From an uncultured bacterium (GTDB lineage Bacteria; Armatimonadota; JACIXR01), in contig CALITO010000021.1 in assembly GCA_938041455.1 (NCBI GenBank), positions 11,909 to 75,908 of the forward strand: 64,000 nucleotides of DNA. The letters are read 5' to 3'. Positions within the stretch are counted from its first letter, which is position 1. Every line of letters begins with the position of its first letter. Positions 39,370 through 49,932 of the stretch are shown here, in pieces. The translations under genes were made by a program, and so were the position numbers. Below the pieces are notes generated by a model that saw only the letters and a program-made list of their open reading frames with translations, did not search any database and was not told the DNA's origin.

Positions 39370-41040
39370 CTATGGTGAGGGGACTCTCTTACCCCACAAG
39401 ACCTTCGCGAAATCTGCTATAAGGTCATATCTCTGAAGCCAAGTGGTATACATAAAGCCGAGCACATTTTTGTATTTTTGGGAAAGTTTCCCCCATTGTT
39501 GGACATCCTCTACATTAGGGGCATCATAATAGCAAGCGATTAGCACCTTGAACCCCTCTTTGGAGAAAAACTCCAAGCTTTCTTCCCTTGGTTCGCCGCC
39601 CCATACAGCCATAACTAAATCCTTCGGAACATATTTCCAAGAGCCTGTGAAATCGCCTTCCACAAGATAATAATCCTTCCTTGCATTATGATTGGGGTCA
39701 AACATATCCGACCATACATAGATTTCCGCCTTTGGATTATATTTTCTAAGAATGTCAACTTGTTTGGTGACGCATTCTCCCAGAAGTTTTGCCATATCTT
39801 TACCAGAGCAAGCGGAACAGGTGCCCCCCATTCTAACCTCATCCATATTCAGCAACACCTTTTTATACTTCAGAGTTTCCCACAACAACTTCGCCTCGTG
39901 TTCGAAGATTTCATAAACTTCTGGCTCTGCCATACAAACCGTTACCTGCCATTCATAAATAATCATTGGATGATACCAACTTACCCGTAGTCTTTGTCCA
40001 TCTTTTATGCGACTATTTGGAAGGATTTTGATCTTCGGATATGGTCTATCAAAACTGCGGAAAGCAAAACCGGGGTCAACCAGTGGTTCATAATCCTTTC
40101 CCTCTTCATATTTTTCTCCAGTTTCCTCATCCTTCACGACTATAGGCGTGCCGGGACGTCTTAGCACATTTAACGGACCTATTTCCTCAATCGTCCAGTC
40201 ATCTAGCCAGAACTTGCCCGACTTAGCTCCCCAAACACCCGCATAAACACGAACCTTTTTGAACTCCAAACTATTAAAAATCATCGTTAGTTTCATCCAA
40301 TCAGCTGTGGCTGGAATATTAAAAGTTAGCGGTGCCAAGTCTCTATTGTCCGCTAAGACCAGCATATTGAAACATCCCTGGGGTTGAAGATCCTCAGTCT
40401 TCACCCATATACTTAAGCGATAACATCTATATGGCTTAAGAGAGATTTCCTGCATTACACGACCGTGCCCATATGGATTAGCGGTGAAATTCTCAAATCT
40501 TATGGAGGCATTCCCGCTCCTTTTCACTTTTTCATCTACGAAGCTTACCTCTCCGGGTTGATCATGAAAACCGAAACCTTTGAAGACATTGCCTGTGAAC
40601 TCTTCAAAGTTTCCGTTAACGATTTCCACATAGGAATCAGGAACAAAGGTGGCTTCTCCTCCCTGGACTATGAAGAGGGCATCTTTTACCGGCATCCCCT
40701 CCGCAAGATACCTATTATGTTCTAAAATACCCCCTCCATAGCCTATGGAGAAAACAGAGGGAATCAATTCGAGTTTCAATCGGTCACAGTAGTTCTTGAG
40801 TTCTTTGAGATTTTCGAAATACAACTTGTCCTTTTTACATAATGAATCGAGCCCTGCAGAAAGGACGACCCCGTTATAATTGTTTTCTTTAGCTTCTTTT
40901 AAAATGTTTTTTATCTTCTGCAGTTCCTCTTCTTTTTGCAAGTCAAACCCGAAAATCCATATGAAACGGTCCCTTGCACTCTGGCAGAAGGAAAAGTTCA
41001 CGAGCAAGAGAATGTTAAAAATAATAACTAAACTCTTCAT
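39370..41040 (-). CDS. Secreted GH20-like glycoside hydrolase with inserted CBM4/9-like module
   Basis: Signal peptide, NGNFEE...LKPYRCYRLSIWVKT (CBM), NMDEVR (Asp-Glu pair), WSDMF, YTTW. Confidence 0.6.
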   Translation of the reverse strand: MKSLVIIFNILLLVNFSFCQSARDRFIWIFGFDLQKEEELQKIKNILKEAKENNYNGVVLSAGLDSLCKKDKLYFENLKELKNYCDRLKLELIPSVFSIGYGGGILEHNRYLAEGMPVKDALFIVQGGEATFVPDSYVEIVNGNFEEFTGNVFKGFGFHDQPGEVSFVDEKVKRSGNASIRFENFTANPYGHGRVMQEISLKPYRCYRLSIWVKTEDLQPQGCFNMLVLADNRDLAPLTFNIPATADWMKLTMIFNSLEFKKVRVYAGVWGAKSGKFWLDDWTIEEIGPLNVLRRPGTPIVVKDEETGEKYEEGKDYEPLVDPGFAFRSFDRPYPKIKILPNSRIKDGQRLRVSWYHPMIIYEWQVTVCMAEPEVYEIFEHEAKLLWETLKYKKVLLNMDEVRMGGTCSACSGKDMAKLLGECVTKQVDILRKYNPKAEIYVWSDMFDPNHNARKDYYLVEGDFTGSWKYVPKDLVMAVWGGEPREESLEFFSKEGFKVLIACYYDAPNVEDVQQWGKLSQKYKNVLGFMYTTWLQRYDLIADFAKVLWGKRVPSP

Positions 41041-41789
41041 AATCCTGCCCTCCTTGACGACCCCGCCCCACTTGGAGGGGGAAGGGATAGATGTTTTTGT
41101 CTATTATATAGTATTTCTGCCTTCTTCAACTCCACCTCCGCGAAGGCTCTCTCTCCAAGTTTCTCATAAGCGACACCTAGATGATAGCGCAGTTCCCAAT
41201 TATAAGGATTCTCTGCCACAGCCTTTTTTAAGAGCTTAAGCCCCTCCTCAACTCGCCCTGTCTTCACATAAGCCCAACCGAGACTATCTAATATCTCGGG
41301 AGTGCGGACCTTCCTTACCGCTCTTTCCAACATTTTCACTGCTTCCCCTAAATTCTTATTTTCTTCAACCCAGATATAGCCGAGGTCATTCAGCGCATAG
41401 GGATTTGAAGGGTCTAATTCCAGTGCCTTTTGGAGGATTTCTTCTGCTTCCTCTAATTTTCCTTGTAGATAAAGGCATTGTCCGAGAAGATAATAGGTAG
41501 TAGAAGATGGAAACTTATTCGCTAGTTGGCGAATGAATTTTTCGCCTTGCTCCCCTTTTTCTCTGACGAGGAAAAGTCTCCCTATTTCCAGAAGTATCTC
41601 TGGCTTACTTCTTGCGTTCTCCAGCGCCTTTTGGAACTCCTTTTCCGCCTTTTCTTTGTCTCCTCGGAAAAAATAAAACCGTCCTAAGGCCAAATCTCGC
41701 CATTCCCGGGGAGGATAAGAAGTAAGGAAATGATGGATGCTCAATACTAAACAAAGGAGGATAATAAAGAACAAAAAGTTACCCCTCAT
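41037..41789 (-). CDS. Membrane-anchored TPR protein
   Basis: N-terminal TM helix, TPR repeats ALNDLGY, LDSLGWAY, YHLGVAY. Confidence 0.85.
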   Translation of the reverse strand: MRGNFLFFIILLCLVLSIHHFLTSYPPREWRDLALGRFYFFRGDKEKAEKEFQKALENARSKPEILLEIGRLFLVREKGEQGEKFIRQLANKFPSSTTYYLLGQCLYLQGKLEEAEEILQKALELDPSNPYALNDLGYIWVEENKNLGEAVKMLERAVRKVRTPEILDSLGWAYVKTGRVEEGLKLLKKAVAENPYNWELRYHLGVAYEKLGERAFAEVELKKAEILYNRQKHLSLPPPSGAGSSRRAGL

Positions 41790-42633
41790 ATCTTACCCCC
41801 GACACAATTCTCTCTATTTTGAGCAAATCTTTGAAAACTTCCACATCCTCAAAGCCGTTCTGAATGAAAATCTCCTTTACCCTTTCGCTCTGTCCTTCTC
41901 CCACTTCCAAAATTAGGTATCCTCCGGGGAGCAAAATCTCCCTCGCCCGAGAAACGATGAGCCTTATTATCTCTAAACCATCCTCTCCCCCATCTAAAGC
42001 TTCCATTGGCTCATAGAGGCGAATTTGGAGGGGTAGACGAGGGAGCTGATAGGTTGGTATATAAGGGGGGTTGGATATGATGGCGACCGCCTGGGGAAGC
42101 TCAGCGTTGGAGATGTCAGCCCTGCGGAAGATTATTCTACTTCCCACTCCGTTCAGCCTAGCATTTCTTCTCGCTAAGGCAATGGCTTCTCTGCTGATAT
42201 CTATGCCGATTAGGGATAATCCGGGGCAGAAACGTGCCAAGGCTATGGCAATTGCTCCCGTCCCCGTTCCCATATCTATCACAATCCCCTTTTTATCCCT
42301 TAGTTTCTTTATTGCTACTTCTACTAATATCTCGGTCTCTGGGCGAGGGATAAAGACACCCCGCCTTATTTCCAGGGTGAAATCCATAAAGTAGTGATAA
42401 CCAAGTATATAGGGTAGGGGTTCAAATCTTTTTCTCCGATTGATGAGAAATCTATAATACGCGAGGATTTGGGGTAGGATAGGCTTATTATAAAGGAGGA
42501 GCAAGCCGGAATGTGACCGATAGGTGGCGTGTTGAAGGAGTAAACGAGCGGAGAGGACGGGCTCGGGCACTGCAGATCTTTTTAAAACCAGAGAACCCCA
42601 AATAAGTGCCTTTCTAAATGTCAAGGTTTTCAT
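41779..42633 (-). CDS. prmC: Release factor glutamine methyltransferase
   Basis: EPLPYILG, IPRPETE, DMGTGTG, SNPPY, ALDGG. Confidence 0.95.
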   Translation of the reverse strand: MKTLTFRKALIWGSLVLKRSAVPEPVLSARLLLQHATYRSHSGLLLLYNKPILPQILAYYRFLINRRKRFEPLPYILGYHYFMDFTLEIRRGVFIPRPETEILVEVAIKKLRDKKGIVIDMGTGTGAIAIALARFCPGLSLIGIDISREAIALARRNARLNGVGSRIIFRRADISNAELPQAVAIISNPPYIPTYQLPRLPLQIRLYEPMEALDGGEDGLEIIRLIVSRAREILLPGGYLILEVGEGQSERVKEIFIQNGFEDVEVFKDLLKIERIVSGVRYEG

Positions 42634-43709
42634 CAGGACTGGGTAATTTTTTTAGCATTTGCCTTCTCATTAAGAGCGAGGGCCTCTATTATCTCGTCCA
42701 AGTCTCCATCGAGCACGTCGTCAAGACGGTGAATAGTCAAGCCTATCCGATGGTCAGTGACCCTATTTTGAAGGAAATTGTAGGTCCTTATTTTTTCACT
42801 TCTTGCTCCCGTCCCTATTTGCGCTCTTCTTTGAGTGGCGAGTTCTTCTTCCTGTTTTTTTCTCTCTAATTCGAAGAGGTGAGCTCGTAGGGTGCGTAAG
42901 GCTCTTTCCTTATTTTGGAGCTGGGAGCGTTGGTCCTGACACATCACCACTATTCCCGTGGGGATATGACGAATTCTCACAGCGGTTTCGTTTTTCTGCA
43001 TATGCTGACCTCCCGGACCAGATGAGCGGAAGGTCTCTATCTCCAAATCCTCTTCTTTTATCTCCACCTCCACTTCCTCAGGCTCTGGCAAAACCGCAAC
43101 AGTAGCGGTAGAGGTGTGAATTCTTCCCCCGCTTTCCGTCTCGGGAATTCTCTGAACCCGATGAACACCACTTTCATATTTCAACCTACTATAAGCTCCC
43201 TTTCCCTCCACGGTGATTATAGCCTCCTTGTAACCGCCCAAGCCGGTTGTATTGGCGTGGATTATCTCCGCCTTATAGCCGTGTCTCTCCGCATAACGAA
43301 GGTACATCCGCACAAGGTCGGCGGCGAAAAGCGCCGCCTCTTCTCCTCCCGTTGCAGCCCTTATCTCGATAATGGCGGTTCTATCGGCGTAGGGGTCGGG
43401 GGGAAAGACCAACTCCAAGAGTTCCCTCTCCAACTTCTCTCTTTCTATCCGCAGCCTCTCTATCTCCTCCTCCGCAAGAGGATGGAGGTCTGGGTCACTC
43501 AAGAGTTTCTTCATATCCTCTTCTTCCTCAAGGTTCTTTTTATATCTCTCATAGCGTGATACTATCTCCTCCAACTGGGAGAGGCGCTTGGATAACTGTC
43601 CTATCTTCACCGCATCGGAGGCGACCTCCGGCTTTGCCATCTCTTCTATTATCCCCTCGTATTCCTCCTTTATTTCTTCTATTTTCTCTATGACCTTAGC
43701 CTCAAGCAA
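42633..43709 (-). CDS. prfA: Peptide chain release factor 1
   Basis: GGEEA, VHRVQRIPETE (PxT), GPGGQ, RSQLQNK, IRTYNF. Confidence 0.97.
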   Translation of the reverse strand: MLEAKVIEKIEEIKEEYEGIIEEMAKPEVASDAVKIGQLSKRLSQLEEIVSRYERYKKNLEEEEDMKKLLSDPDLHPLAEEEIERLRIEREKLERELLELVFPPDPYADRTAIIEIRAATGGEEAALFAADLVRMYLRYAERHGYKAEIIHANTTGLGGYKEAIITVEGKGAYSRLKYESGVHRVQRIPETESGGRIHTSTATVAVLPEPEEVEVEIKEEDLEIETFRSSGPGGQHMQKNETAVRIRHIPTGIVVMCQDQRSQLQNKERALRTLRAHLFELERKKQEEELATQRRAQIGTGARSEKIRTYNFLQNRVTDHRIGLTIHRLDDVLDGDLDEIIEALALNEKANAKKITQS

Positions 43710-44562
43710 TTAGCACTACCTCCTTGAGTGCGGTTATGGCTACTTCCAATTGCCTTTTGTGGGGTGATTTAGTCGTTATTCGCTGAAGTAATAAGCCGGG
43801 AGCAAGGAAAAAAGAGAACCGCTCATCCCGCCAGGCAAGATATACTAACTCAAAGGCTATGGGTAGGGCAAAGGGCAATATGAGTGTTTTGAGAAGGATA
43901 CGAGTGAAAAAGGGAAGATATTGAAAGGGCAAGTAAAGGAAGAAGAGGAGAAGCAAAATAAGGGCGAAAAGGGTGGTTCCACATCTTGTGTGAAGTTGTG
44001 GATAACCATCGACCTCCTCGGGAACCATTTCTGCCCCTTTTTCAAAAGCATTTATCGCCTTGTGCTCCGCCCCATGGTATTGAAGAAGCCGCTCACCCGC
44101 AGGAAACAAAGAAAGCACCAAGACATAGAGAATTAGCAAGAAGATGCGGAGGAGGGTTTCAGACAAGGTCATAAGGACGAGAGAATAAGGAAGCAATAGG
44201 TGGGATAAGAAATCGGGGAGGAGAACGAGAATCACGAAGCCCAGAAGCAGATTCGGAACAATTTTGAGAAGTAAATTTCTATCGCACAAAGGTTCCGAGC
44301 TCTCTTCTTCACCAGAGGAAAGTCTGTTGGCTATAAAATAAGCTCGGAGGGATATCCCTAAGGAAAGGACGAAGGCAAAGATTCCCCTCAAGAAAGGGAA
44401 GCGGGAAATTGGTCCCATTTGGGGCAGGGCTTGGGCAGTTCCGAATGCTTCCTTATACACTACAACATCTTCTCCCCTTCGGCAGGCGACGGCGTAGCCG
44501 AAGGGTGAAAACATCATCACTCCTTCCCATACTGCGGAACCACCAAGAAGAAAATTGCCCAC
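43702..44562 (-). CDS. DUF1385 membrane protein
   Basis: GGSAVWEGVMM, PFLRG, YHGAEHKAI, HTRCGT, PGLLLQRITT; usual rpmE-DUF1385-prfA context. Confidence 0.9.
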   Translation of the reverse strand: MGNFLLGGSAVWEGVMMFSPFGYAVACRRGEDVVVYKEAFGTAQALPQMGPISRFPFLRGIFAFVLSLGISLRAYFIANRLSSGEEESSEPLCDRNLLLKIVPNLLLGFVILVLLPDFLSHLLLPYSLVLMTLSETLLRIFLLILYVLVLSLFPAGERLLQYHGAEHKAINAFEKGAEMVPEEVDGYPQLHTRCGTTLFALILLLLFFLYLPFQYLPFFTRILLKTLILPFALPIAFELVYLAWRDERFSFFLAPGLLLQRITTKSPHKRQLEVAITALKEVVLIA

Positions 44563-44570
44563 CTAATCCC

Positions 44571-44741
44571 TCACTCTCTGTCTCTCGTGGCTTCTTCCTT
44601 GTATAACTGGGAGAATATAGGATGGCAGCGCCAGCACTGGTTCACCCTTATCTCGGGTTTGGTGGAAATCGTCTTAAAAGTATATCCACAGGCGCAGATA
44701 ACCACCGCTGGCACATATTTGGGGTGAATATCCTTCTTCAT
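44571..44741 (-). CDS. rpmE: 50S ribosomal protein L31 (zinc-binding type), short 56-aa form
   Basis: Not in the ORF track. Translation [56 protein letters not shown]; SD AGAGGTG. Confidence 0.92.
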   Translation of the reverse strand: MKKDIHPKYVPAVVICACGYTFKTISTKPEIRVNQCWRCHPIFSQLYKEEATRDRE

Positions 44742-44886
44742 TTAGGCACACCTCTTATTTTTTATAAAATTATACACAAAATAGTCCCTCTTTTCAAACA
44801 CTTGTGAAAAATCGCTTCTTCTTTTTAACTTCTGTTGAAGTAATTGGGAGATTAATTATAATGCTTTTAAAAAAGGAGGAGCAAAG

Positions 44887-45939
44887 ATGAAAGAGGAGGA
44901 ACTCAAAAAGTTATCACCTTCTTACTTCCATCTCCGGATGATGGAGAGGGCACCAAAATCCCTTGCTTTTTCTCCAGATGTTGATTTCCCCCGATGGCAG
45001 GGAAAGTTAAGGAGAAAGTTGAAACAACTGTTGGGACCGATTTACAAGGAGGAGGGACCAGTTGAATACGAGGTTTTGGAGGCTGAGGAGAAGCAAGAAT
45101 ATTCCCTCAGGAAAATTGCCTTCTATAACACACCTGATGTTTTGGTCCTCGCTTATCTCTTAGTGCCTAAGGATGGTAGAGAGAAATACCCCGCTATGGT
45201 CTGTCTTCAGGGGCATACACCCGGTGCTCATCTCTCGGTGGGAAGGGTTTACAACAAAGAGGACGAGGAGAATCTCGCTAATGATAGGGATTTTGCCATC
45301 CAGGCGGTAAAAAATGGTTATGTCGCCTTGGCTATGGAGCAGAGGGCTTTTGGAGAGAGGCAGGAAAAATTACAGGAGATGAGAGCCCCTCATACTTGCC
45401 ATGACGCAGTTATGCATGCTCTTATGCTGGGACATACCTTCACTGCGGAGAGGATAGCGGATGTGATGCGAGGAATAGACCTCCTATATCAACTTCCCTT
45501 CGTTGACAAAATGAAGATAGGATGTATGGGAGAATCAGGTGGTGGAACGGTGACCTTCTACGCCTCCTGTATAGAGCCGAGGATAACCCTGTCCGTCGTC
45601 ATCTGCGCCTTTTGCACCTATGAGGACTCTATAATGACAATATATCACTGCGCCGATAATTATATACCTAATGCCCTCCTCTACTTTGGAGAGGAAGATT
45701 TGGCTGGTCTAATAGCTCCAAGACCATTTGTGATTGTGGCGGGTGAGCAGGACCCTATTTTCCCCATCCAGGGGGTGAGGAAAGCTTATGAGAAAGCGAA
45801 GTTGATTTATAAAAAGGTAGGGCATCCCCAGAATATAGAGCTTGTTGTAGGTCCTGGGGGGCACCGTAATTATGCTGACCTCGCCTGGCCAGTGATAAAC
45901 AAGCTTATGCTTATGAAACCGGCGAAGGAAGATCGATGA
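44887..45939 (+). CDS. Alpha/beta hydrolase (acetylxylan esterase/dienelactone hydrolase-like)
   Basis: PAMVCLQGH, GESGGG nucleophile elbow, DPIFP, GGH. Confidence 0.8.
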   Translation: MKEEELKKLSPSYFHLRMMERAPKSLAFSPDVDFPRWQGKLRRKLKQLLGPIYKEEGPVEYEVLEAEEKQEYSLRKIAFYNTPDVLVLAYLLVPKDGREKYPAMVCLQGHTPGAHLSVGRVYNKEDEENLANDRDFAIQAVKNGYVALAMEQRAFGERQEKLQEMRAPHTCHDAVMHALMLGHTFTAERIADVMRGIDLLYQLPFVDKMKIGCMGESGGGTVTFYASCIEPRITLSVVICAFCTYEDSIMTIYHCADNYIPNALLYFGEEDLAGLIAPRPFVIVAGEQDPIFPIQGVRKAYEKAKLIYKKVGHPQNIELVVGPGGHRNYADLAWPVINKLMLMKPAKEDR

Positions 45940-47978
45940 ATATAGGCGAAAAACCTTCCTTACCAAAAGATAAAAATAAGAAAAACTATTTAGCCTCAGT
46001 TTATTTGTTGTTGCTCTTCCTTTTCTCACCTCTCGTCCTACCTCGAGGAGTTGTGCCCGAGAGCGTCCAGCAGAGGGTTAACGCAATCGCTGCCCAAATA
46101 AGACCAGCCCTGGTGAAAATCTACGCTGTCATCCCGGAGTATCAAGGGGGTAGGGAAATAAAGATGGAAGTGGGCGGAAGTGGGACGATCATCCATCCTG
46201 ACGGTTTCGTCCTAACCAATTACCATGTGGCAGGGAGGGCGAGTTATGTTAGATGTATCCTCGCTAATGGTGAGGAAATAGACGCTTACTATTACGCTGG
46301 CGACCCGCTCACCGACCTCGCTATCGTCAAACTAAAGGACCAAAGGAAATTCCCTTATGCTAAATTCGGCGATTCCTCCAAACTAAAAATTGGTGATTGG
46401 GTAATAGCGGCGGGTAGTCCATATGCCCTTTCCCAGTCCCTAACCCTTGGCATAGTGAGCAATACGAAACTTGTTGAGCCGGAGATTTTCTCCCGTTTGG
46501 AAAGGCTGGAAATAGAAGGCGAGAATGTGGGGAGTATGATAACCTGGATTGGACACGATGCCCCCATATACGCTGGAAACTCGGGCGGACCACTTCTCAA
46601 TTTAGATGGGGAAATAGTGGGAGTGAACGAGATGAAAATCGGTTTGGGTGGGGCTATCCCCGGTAACATTGCCAAGAAAGTGGCGGAGGAATTGATAAAG
46701 AACAAAGAAATCCAGAGAAGCTGGTTAGGTATAGAGATACAGCCTTTGCTTGCCACCTCTAAGATGAAAGAGGGGGTCCTTATTTCAAGTGTGATTAAAG
46801 GCTCACCTGCTGAAAAGGCTGGTATCTTGCCGGGGGATATAATCCTCCAAATAGGTGATGAGAAAGTGAAGGTTGAAACGGTAGAGGATATGCCCGAATT
46901 TAATCGGTTGACCTCGGAGCTCCCCCTTGACCGCGATATAAGAGTTCTCCTTTTGCGGGAGGGAAGGAAAAGAACCACATTCATAAGACCGGTTAAGAGG
47001 GAACGCGCCTACTGCGAGATAAGGGAGATAAAAAGATTAGGCATAACTGCAAGAGATATTTCCCCCTACGAGGCGATCGAGTTGAGGAGAGATTCTCAAG
47101 AGGGGGTAGTAATAACTAGCGTGAGAGCGGGTGGACCTGCAGGAGAAGCTAAACCACCCCTCCAGGAGAAGGATGTTATTATGGAGGTGGAGGGGAAAAA
47201 GATAAAGAACATAGAGGAGTTGACCAAATATCTTGAGGAACTAAAAGGGGATGCGTTGGTCAGCCTTCGCTTTGAGAGGAAGAAGGAGAATATGCTCACC
47301 GTTTTGCGACTGGGGGAGGAGAAGGAGGTGGAGGCAATACCTTATGCGAAGAAAGGATGGCTTCCCCTTTCTGTTCAGAGCTTGACCGATGATATAAGAG
47401 AGAAACTCGGCTTGAATAAAAGAGGAGTGATTGTGACAAGGGTCTTCACTAAGGAAGAAACATTTCCCCTCAAAGTGGGAGATATGATTGTAGAGATTGA
47501 GGGGGAGAGTTTGCCGATCCGTTCTCCCGCTGATAAGGCGGTTTTCTTTGAGAAACTTTCAAACTATCGCGTGGGGGATGAGGTTGAACTAACAATCATA
47601 AGAGAGGGAAGGGAGATAAGGGAAAAGGTGAAGCTCTTAGCTGAACCGCCGGGCAGGGAGGAAACGGCGAAGTATAAGGAATCCACTTTGGGGATGACGG
47701 TACGGGATTTATGTTTTGATGATTTAAAAGCGATAGGGGAAGAGAAAGAAGGGGTTATAGTGGAGGCCATAGAAGAAGGTGGTTGGGCTTCCCTGGCGAG
47801 ATTGAATGTGGGGGATTTAATTCTCAAGATAAATGGAAAAAAGGTCAAGAACATCAACGATTTCCAAGAGATAATGAAGCGATTGAAAGGAGAAAAGAAG
47901 GACATAGTTTTCTTCATAGAAAGGGATATGGGGACTCGTTTTATAGAAATTAAAAACTTAGTATGGGAGGTAAAATAA
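45936..47978 (+). CDS. HtrA/DegP-like serine protease with four PDZ domains
   Basis: GSGTII, TNYHV, TDLA, GNSGGP; PDZ starts at WLGI, RLGI, WLPL, TLGM. Confidence 0.9.
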   Translation: MNIGEKPSLPKDKNKKNYLASVYLLLLFLFSPLVLPRGVVPESVQQRVNAIAAQIRPALVKIYAVIPEYQGGREIKMEVGGSGTIIHPDGFVLTNYHVAGRASYVRCILANGEEIDAYYYAGDPLTDLAIVKLKDQRKFPYAKFGDSSKLKIGDWVIAAGSPYALSQSLTLGIVSNTKLVEPEIFSRLERLEIEGENVGSMITWIGHDAPIYAGNSGGPLLNLDGEIVGVNEMKIGLGGAIPGNIAKKVAEELIKNKEIQRSWLGIEIQPLLATSKMKEGVLISSVIKGSPAEKAGILPGDIILQIGDEKVKVETVEDMPEFNRLTSELPLDRDIRVLLLREGRKRTTFIRPVKRERAYCEIREIKRLGITARDISPYEAIELRRDSQEGVVITSVRAGGPAGEAKPPLQEKDVIMEVEGKKIKNIEELTKYLEELKGDALVSLRFERKKENMLTVLRLGEEKEVEAIPYAKKGWLPLSVQSLTDDIREKLGLNKRGVIVTRVFTKEETFPLKVGDMIVEIEGESLPIRSPADKAVFFEKLSNYRVGDEVELTIIREGREIREKVKLLAEPPGREETAKYKESTLGMTVRDLCFDDLKAIGEEKEGVIVEAIEEGGWASLARLNVGDLILKINGKKVKNINDFQEIMKRLKGEKKDIVFFIERDMGTRFIEIKNLVWEVK

Positions 47979-48757
47979 TGAAAAGGTTTGTGCTGTTCAG
48001 TTTTTTGGTGTTGGCTATGGGCGGGTTTTCGCTCGCCCAAATAGATAGGGAACAAGTGAGGAAACTTGTGGATACCTACAAAAACGCCGCTCTGAAGGTC
48101 AAGGTGATAATTACCTACTGGAGCGTCTTCGGAGGGCAGGAATCGAGCAAGGAGGAAACTAAATACGAGGTTATGGGAACTGTTATAGATAAGAATGGCA
48201 CCATCGTTACCTCAGCCTTCGCCGTTGACCCTTCTAAACTATTCCAACGGCTCTTCAGCGAAGAGGGAGGTTATCAGATGAAAAGCGAGCTCAAGGAAAT
48301 CAAGATAATCCTGCCCGATAATAAGGAGGTAGAGGGGAAAATTGTATTAAGGGATGATAAACTGGACTTGGTCTTCCTGAGGCCAAAATCTCCCCCCCAA
48401 GATGGGCAATTCAATAGCGTGGACTTGGATAACTCCACGGAGCCCCAAATTCTGGACGAGGTGATAAGCATCCAAAGAATGGATGAAGATGTTGACAGAA
48501 CTATATTCGTTGCGCTTTCCCGAATTGGTGGAATAATAACCAAACCCAGGCTCTATTATCTGTCAATGGATATGTTGGAACCGGGGACTCCGGTTTTCTC
48601 TCTGGATGGTAAGTTGGTGGGCTTAAACACGGTTAGGGTGACGGAGACGGAGGGTTCTTCTTACCGTTTCTTCTCAACGGCCACCAGTTCTCCTGTTTCT
48701 TCCGTGATTCTTCCAGCGAAAACTATAAAGGAGAGTGCTGCTCAGATAAAGGAGTGA
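47978..48757 (+). CDS. Secreted trypsin-fold protein lacking catalytic His and Ser (pseudoprotease)
   Basis: Signal peptide; GTVIDKNGTIVTSAFAV (no His), DLVFL, EPGTPVFSLDGKLVGL (no GxSG). TAATG overlap with htrA. Confidence 0.7.
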   Translation: MKRFVLFSFLVLAMGGFSLAQIDREQVRKLVDTYKNAALKVKVIITYWSVFGGQESSKEETKYEVMGTVIDKNGTIVTSAFAVDPSKLFQRLFSEEGGYQMKSELKEIKIILPDNKEVEGKIVLRDDKLDLVFLRPKSPPQDGQFNSVDLDNSTEPQILDEVISIQRMDEDVDRTIFVALSRIGGIITKPRLYYLSMDMLEPGTPVFSLDGKLVGLNTVRVTETEGSSYRFFSTATSSPVSSVILPAKTIKESAAQIKE

Positions 48758-48762
48758 TCTTT

Positions 48763-49872
48763 ATGAAATGGTTTGAGGAAGAGGAAATAGAAAGGAGGAA
48801 GGAATTCCTCACCCACCTTTGGCATCTGGATAGGGTAGAGCGGCCGGGCTATATGCTGAACGGCTTCGCGGTAGGCGATGAGAAGGACCCCGATAGACCG
48901 CCTTCTACCACGACGAGGGAATATTTCTTAAACTGGGAGGTTATGCTTAAATCCCAACTATATGATATGAAGTTGAGAAGCCAGTTGAAGGACGATTATG
49001 TCCCCAACCTCTTTCCCTATCTGGGAACGGGTGTTTTGGCTTCTGCCTTCGGCTGTGAGATAATCTACCCGGAAGTAGAACAGCCGTGGACCAAGCCCCT
49101 CGTCCGCTCTCCCGAAGATGTTTATAAGCTCAAGGAGCCCGAACCAACGGGAGGGCTTCTTAAAGAGGTTTTGGAACTAACCAGGTTTATGGCGGATAAG
49201 ACGAATGGAGCCCTACCCATAAGAGTGACGGACATTCAGGGTCCTCTGGACACTGCCTCACTCGTCTGGGAATATCCTTCATTCCTAACCGCTATGTATG
49301 AGGCGCCTGAAGCGGTTCACACCCTTTTGGATATGGTGACGAATTTGATAATTGACTTCGTCTCTCTCCAAAGGGAAACCTGTGAAGAATTGGGAGTTGA
49401 ATTCGTTCCCAATCATTGCCCGGGAGTTTGGGTTCCTGAGGATTGGGGGATTTCCATAAGTGAGGACTTGATCGCGGTGGTTTCGCCCCATCTCTATGAG
49501 GAGTTTGCTCTTCCCTATAATCAGAGGCTCTCTGACGCCTTCAACGGCTTACATATCCATTCCTGCGGGAACTTCACCTTCAATTACGAGAACCTCCTTA
49601 GGATAGACAAGTTGAGGGGAGTGGATATGGGGGTGACGGAGACGGACTATCCCAAGGCGGTAGAAGTCCTTGGGAATAAATGCTTGTTGATCCCTCGTAT
49701 CGGCTTTGTAGGGCTGGATAGGATAGTTAACCTTCCTTCAACGAATGAATATCTGGACTATGTAATGGAGAGTTCCGACGATGCGAACATCTTCGTCTTC
49801 ATAGACAAATTTGGAGCAGATGTGGAACTGGAGAGGTTAAAGGAAAAACACGGTTGGATTAATGGGAAGTAA
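48763..49872 (+). CDS. URO-D/MtaA-CmuA superfamily protein
   Basis: DIQGPLDTA, SEDL...SP, HIHSCG. Confidence 0.7.
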   Translation: MKWFEEEEIERRKEFLTHLWHLDRVERPGYMLNGFAVGDEKDPDRPPSTTTREYFLNWEVMLKSQLYDMKLRSQLKDDYVPNLFPYLGTGVLASAFGCEIIYPEVEQPWTKPLVRSPEDVYKLKEPEPTGGLLKEVLELTRFMADKTNGALPIRVTDIQGPLDTASLVWEYPSFLTAMYEAPEAVHTLLDMVTNLIIDFVSLQRETCEELGVEFVPNHCPGVWVPEDWGISISEDLIAVVSPHLYEEFALPYNQRLSDAFNGLHIHSCGNFTFNYENLLRIDKLRGVDMGVTETDYPKAVEVLGNKCLLIPRIGFVGLDRIVNLPSTNEYLDYVMESSDDANIFVFIDKFGADVELERLKEKHGWINGK

Positions 49873-49932
49873 ACAACGGTGATAAAAAATTTGAAATACT
49901 CGCGTTGCTCCCAATCGGCTTAGGAATGTGCT

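Noticed and set aside
44562-44625. Frameshift restoring a canonical L31 tail
   Set aside because: The alternative frames (…[13 protein letters not shown]…, …[13 protein letters not shown]) do not give a convincing TGKQ…GRV motif, and no slippery site is evident.
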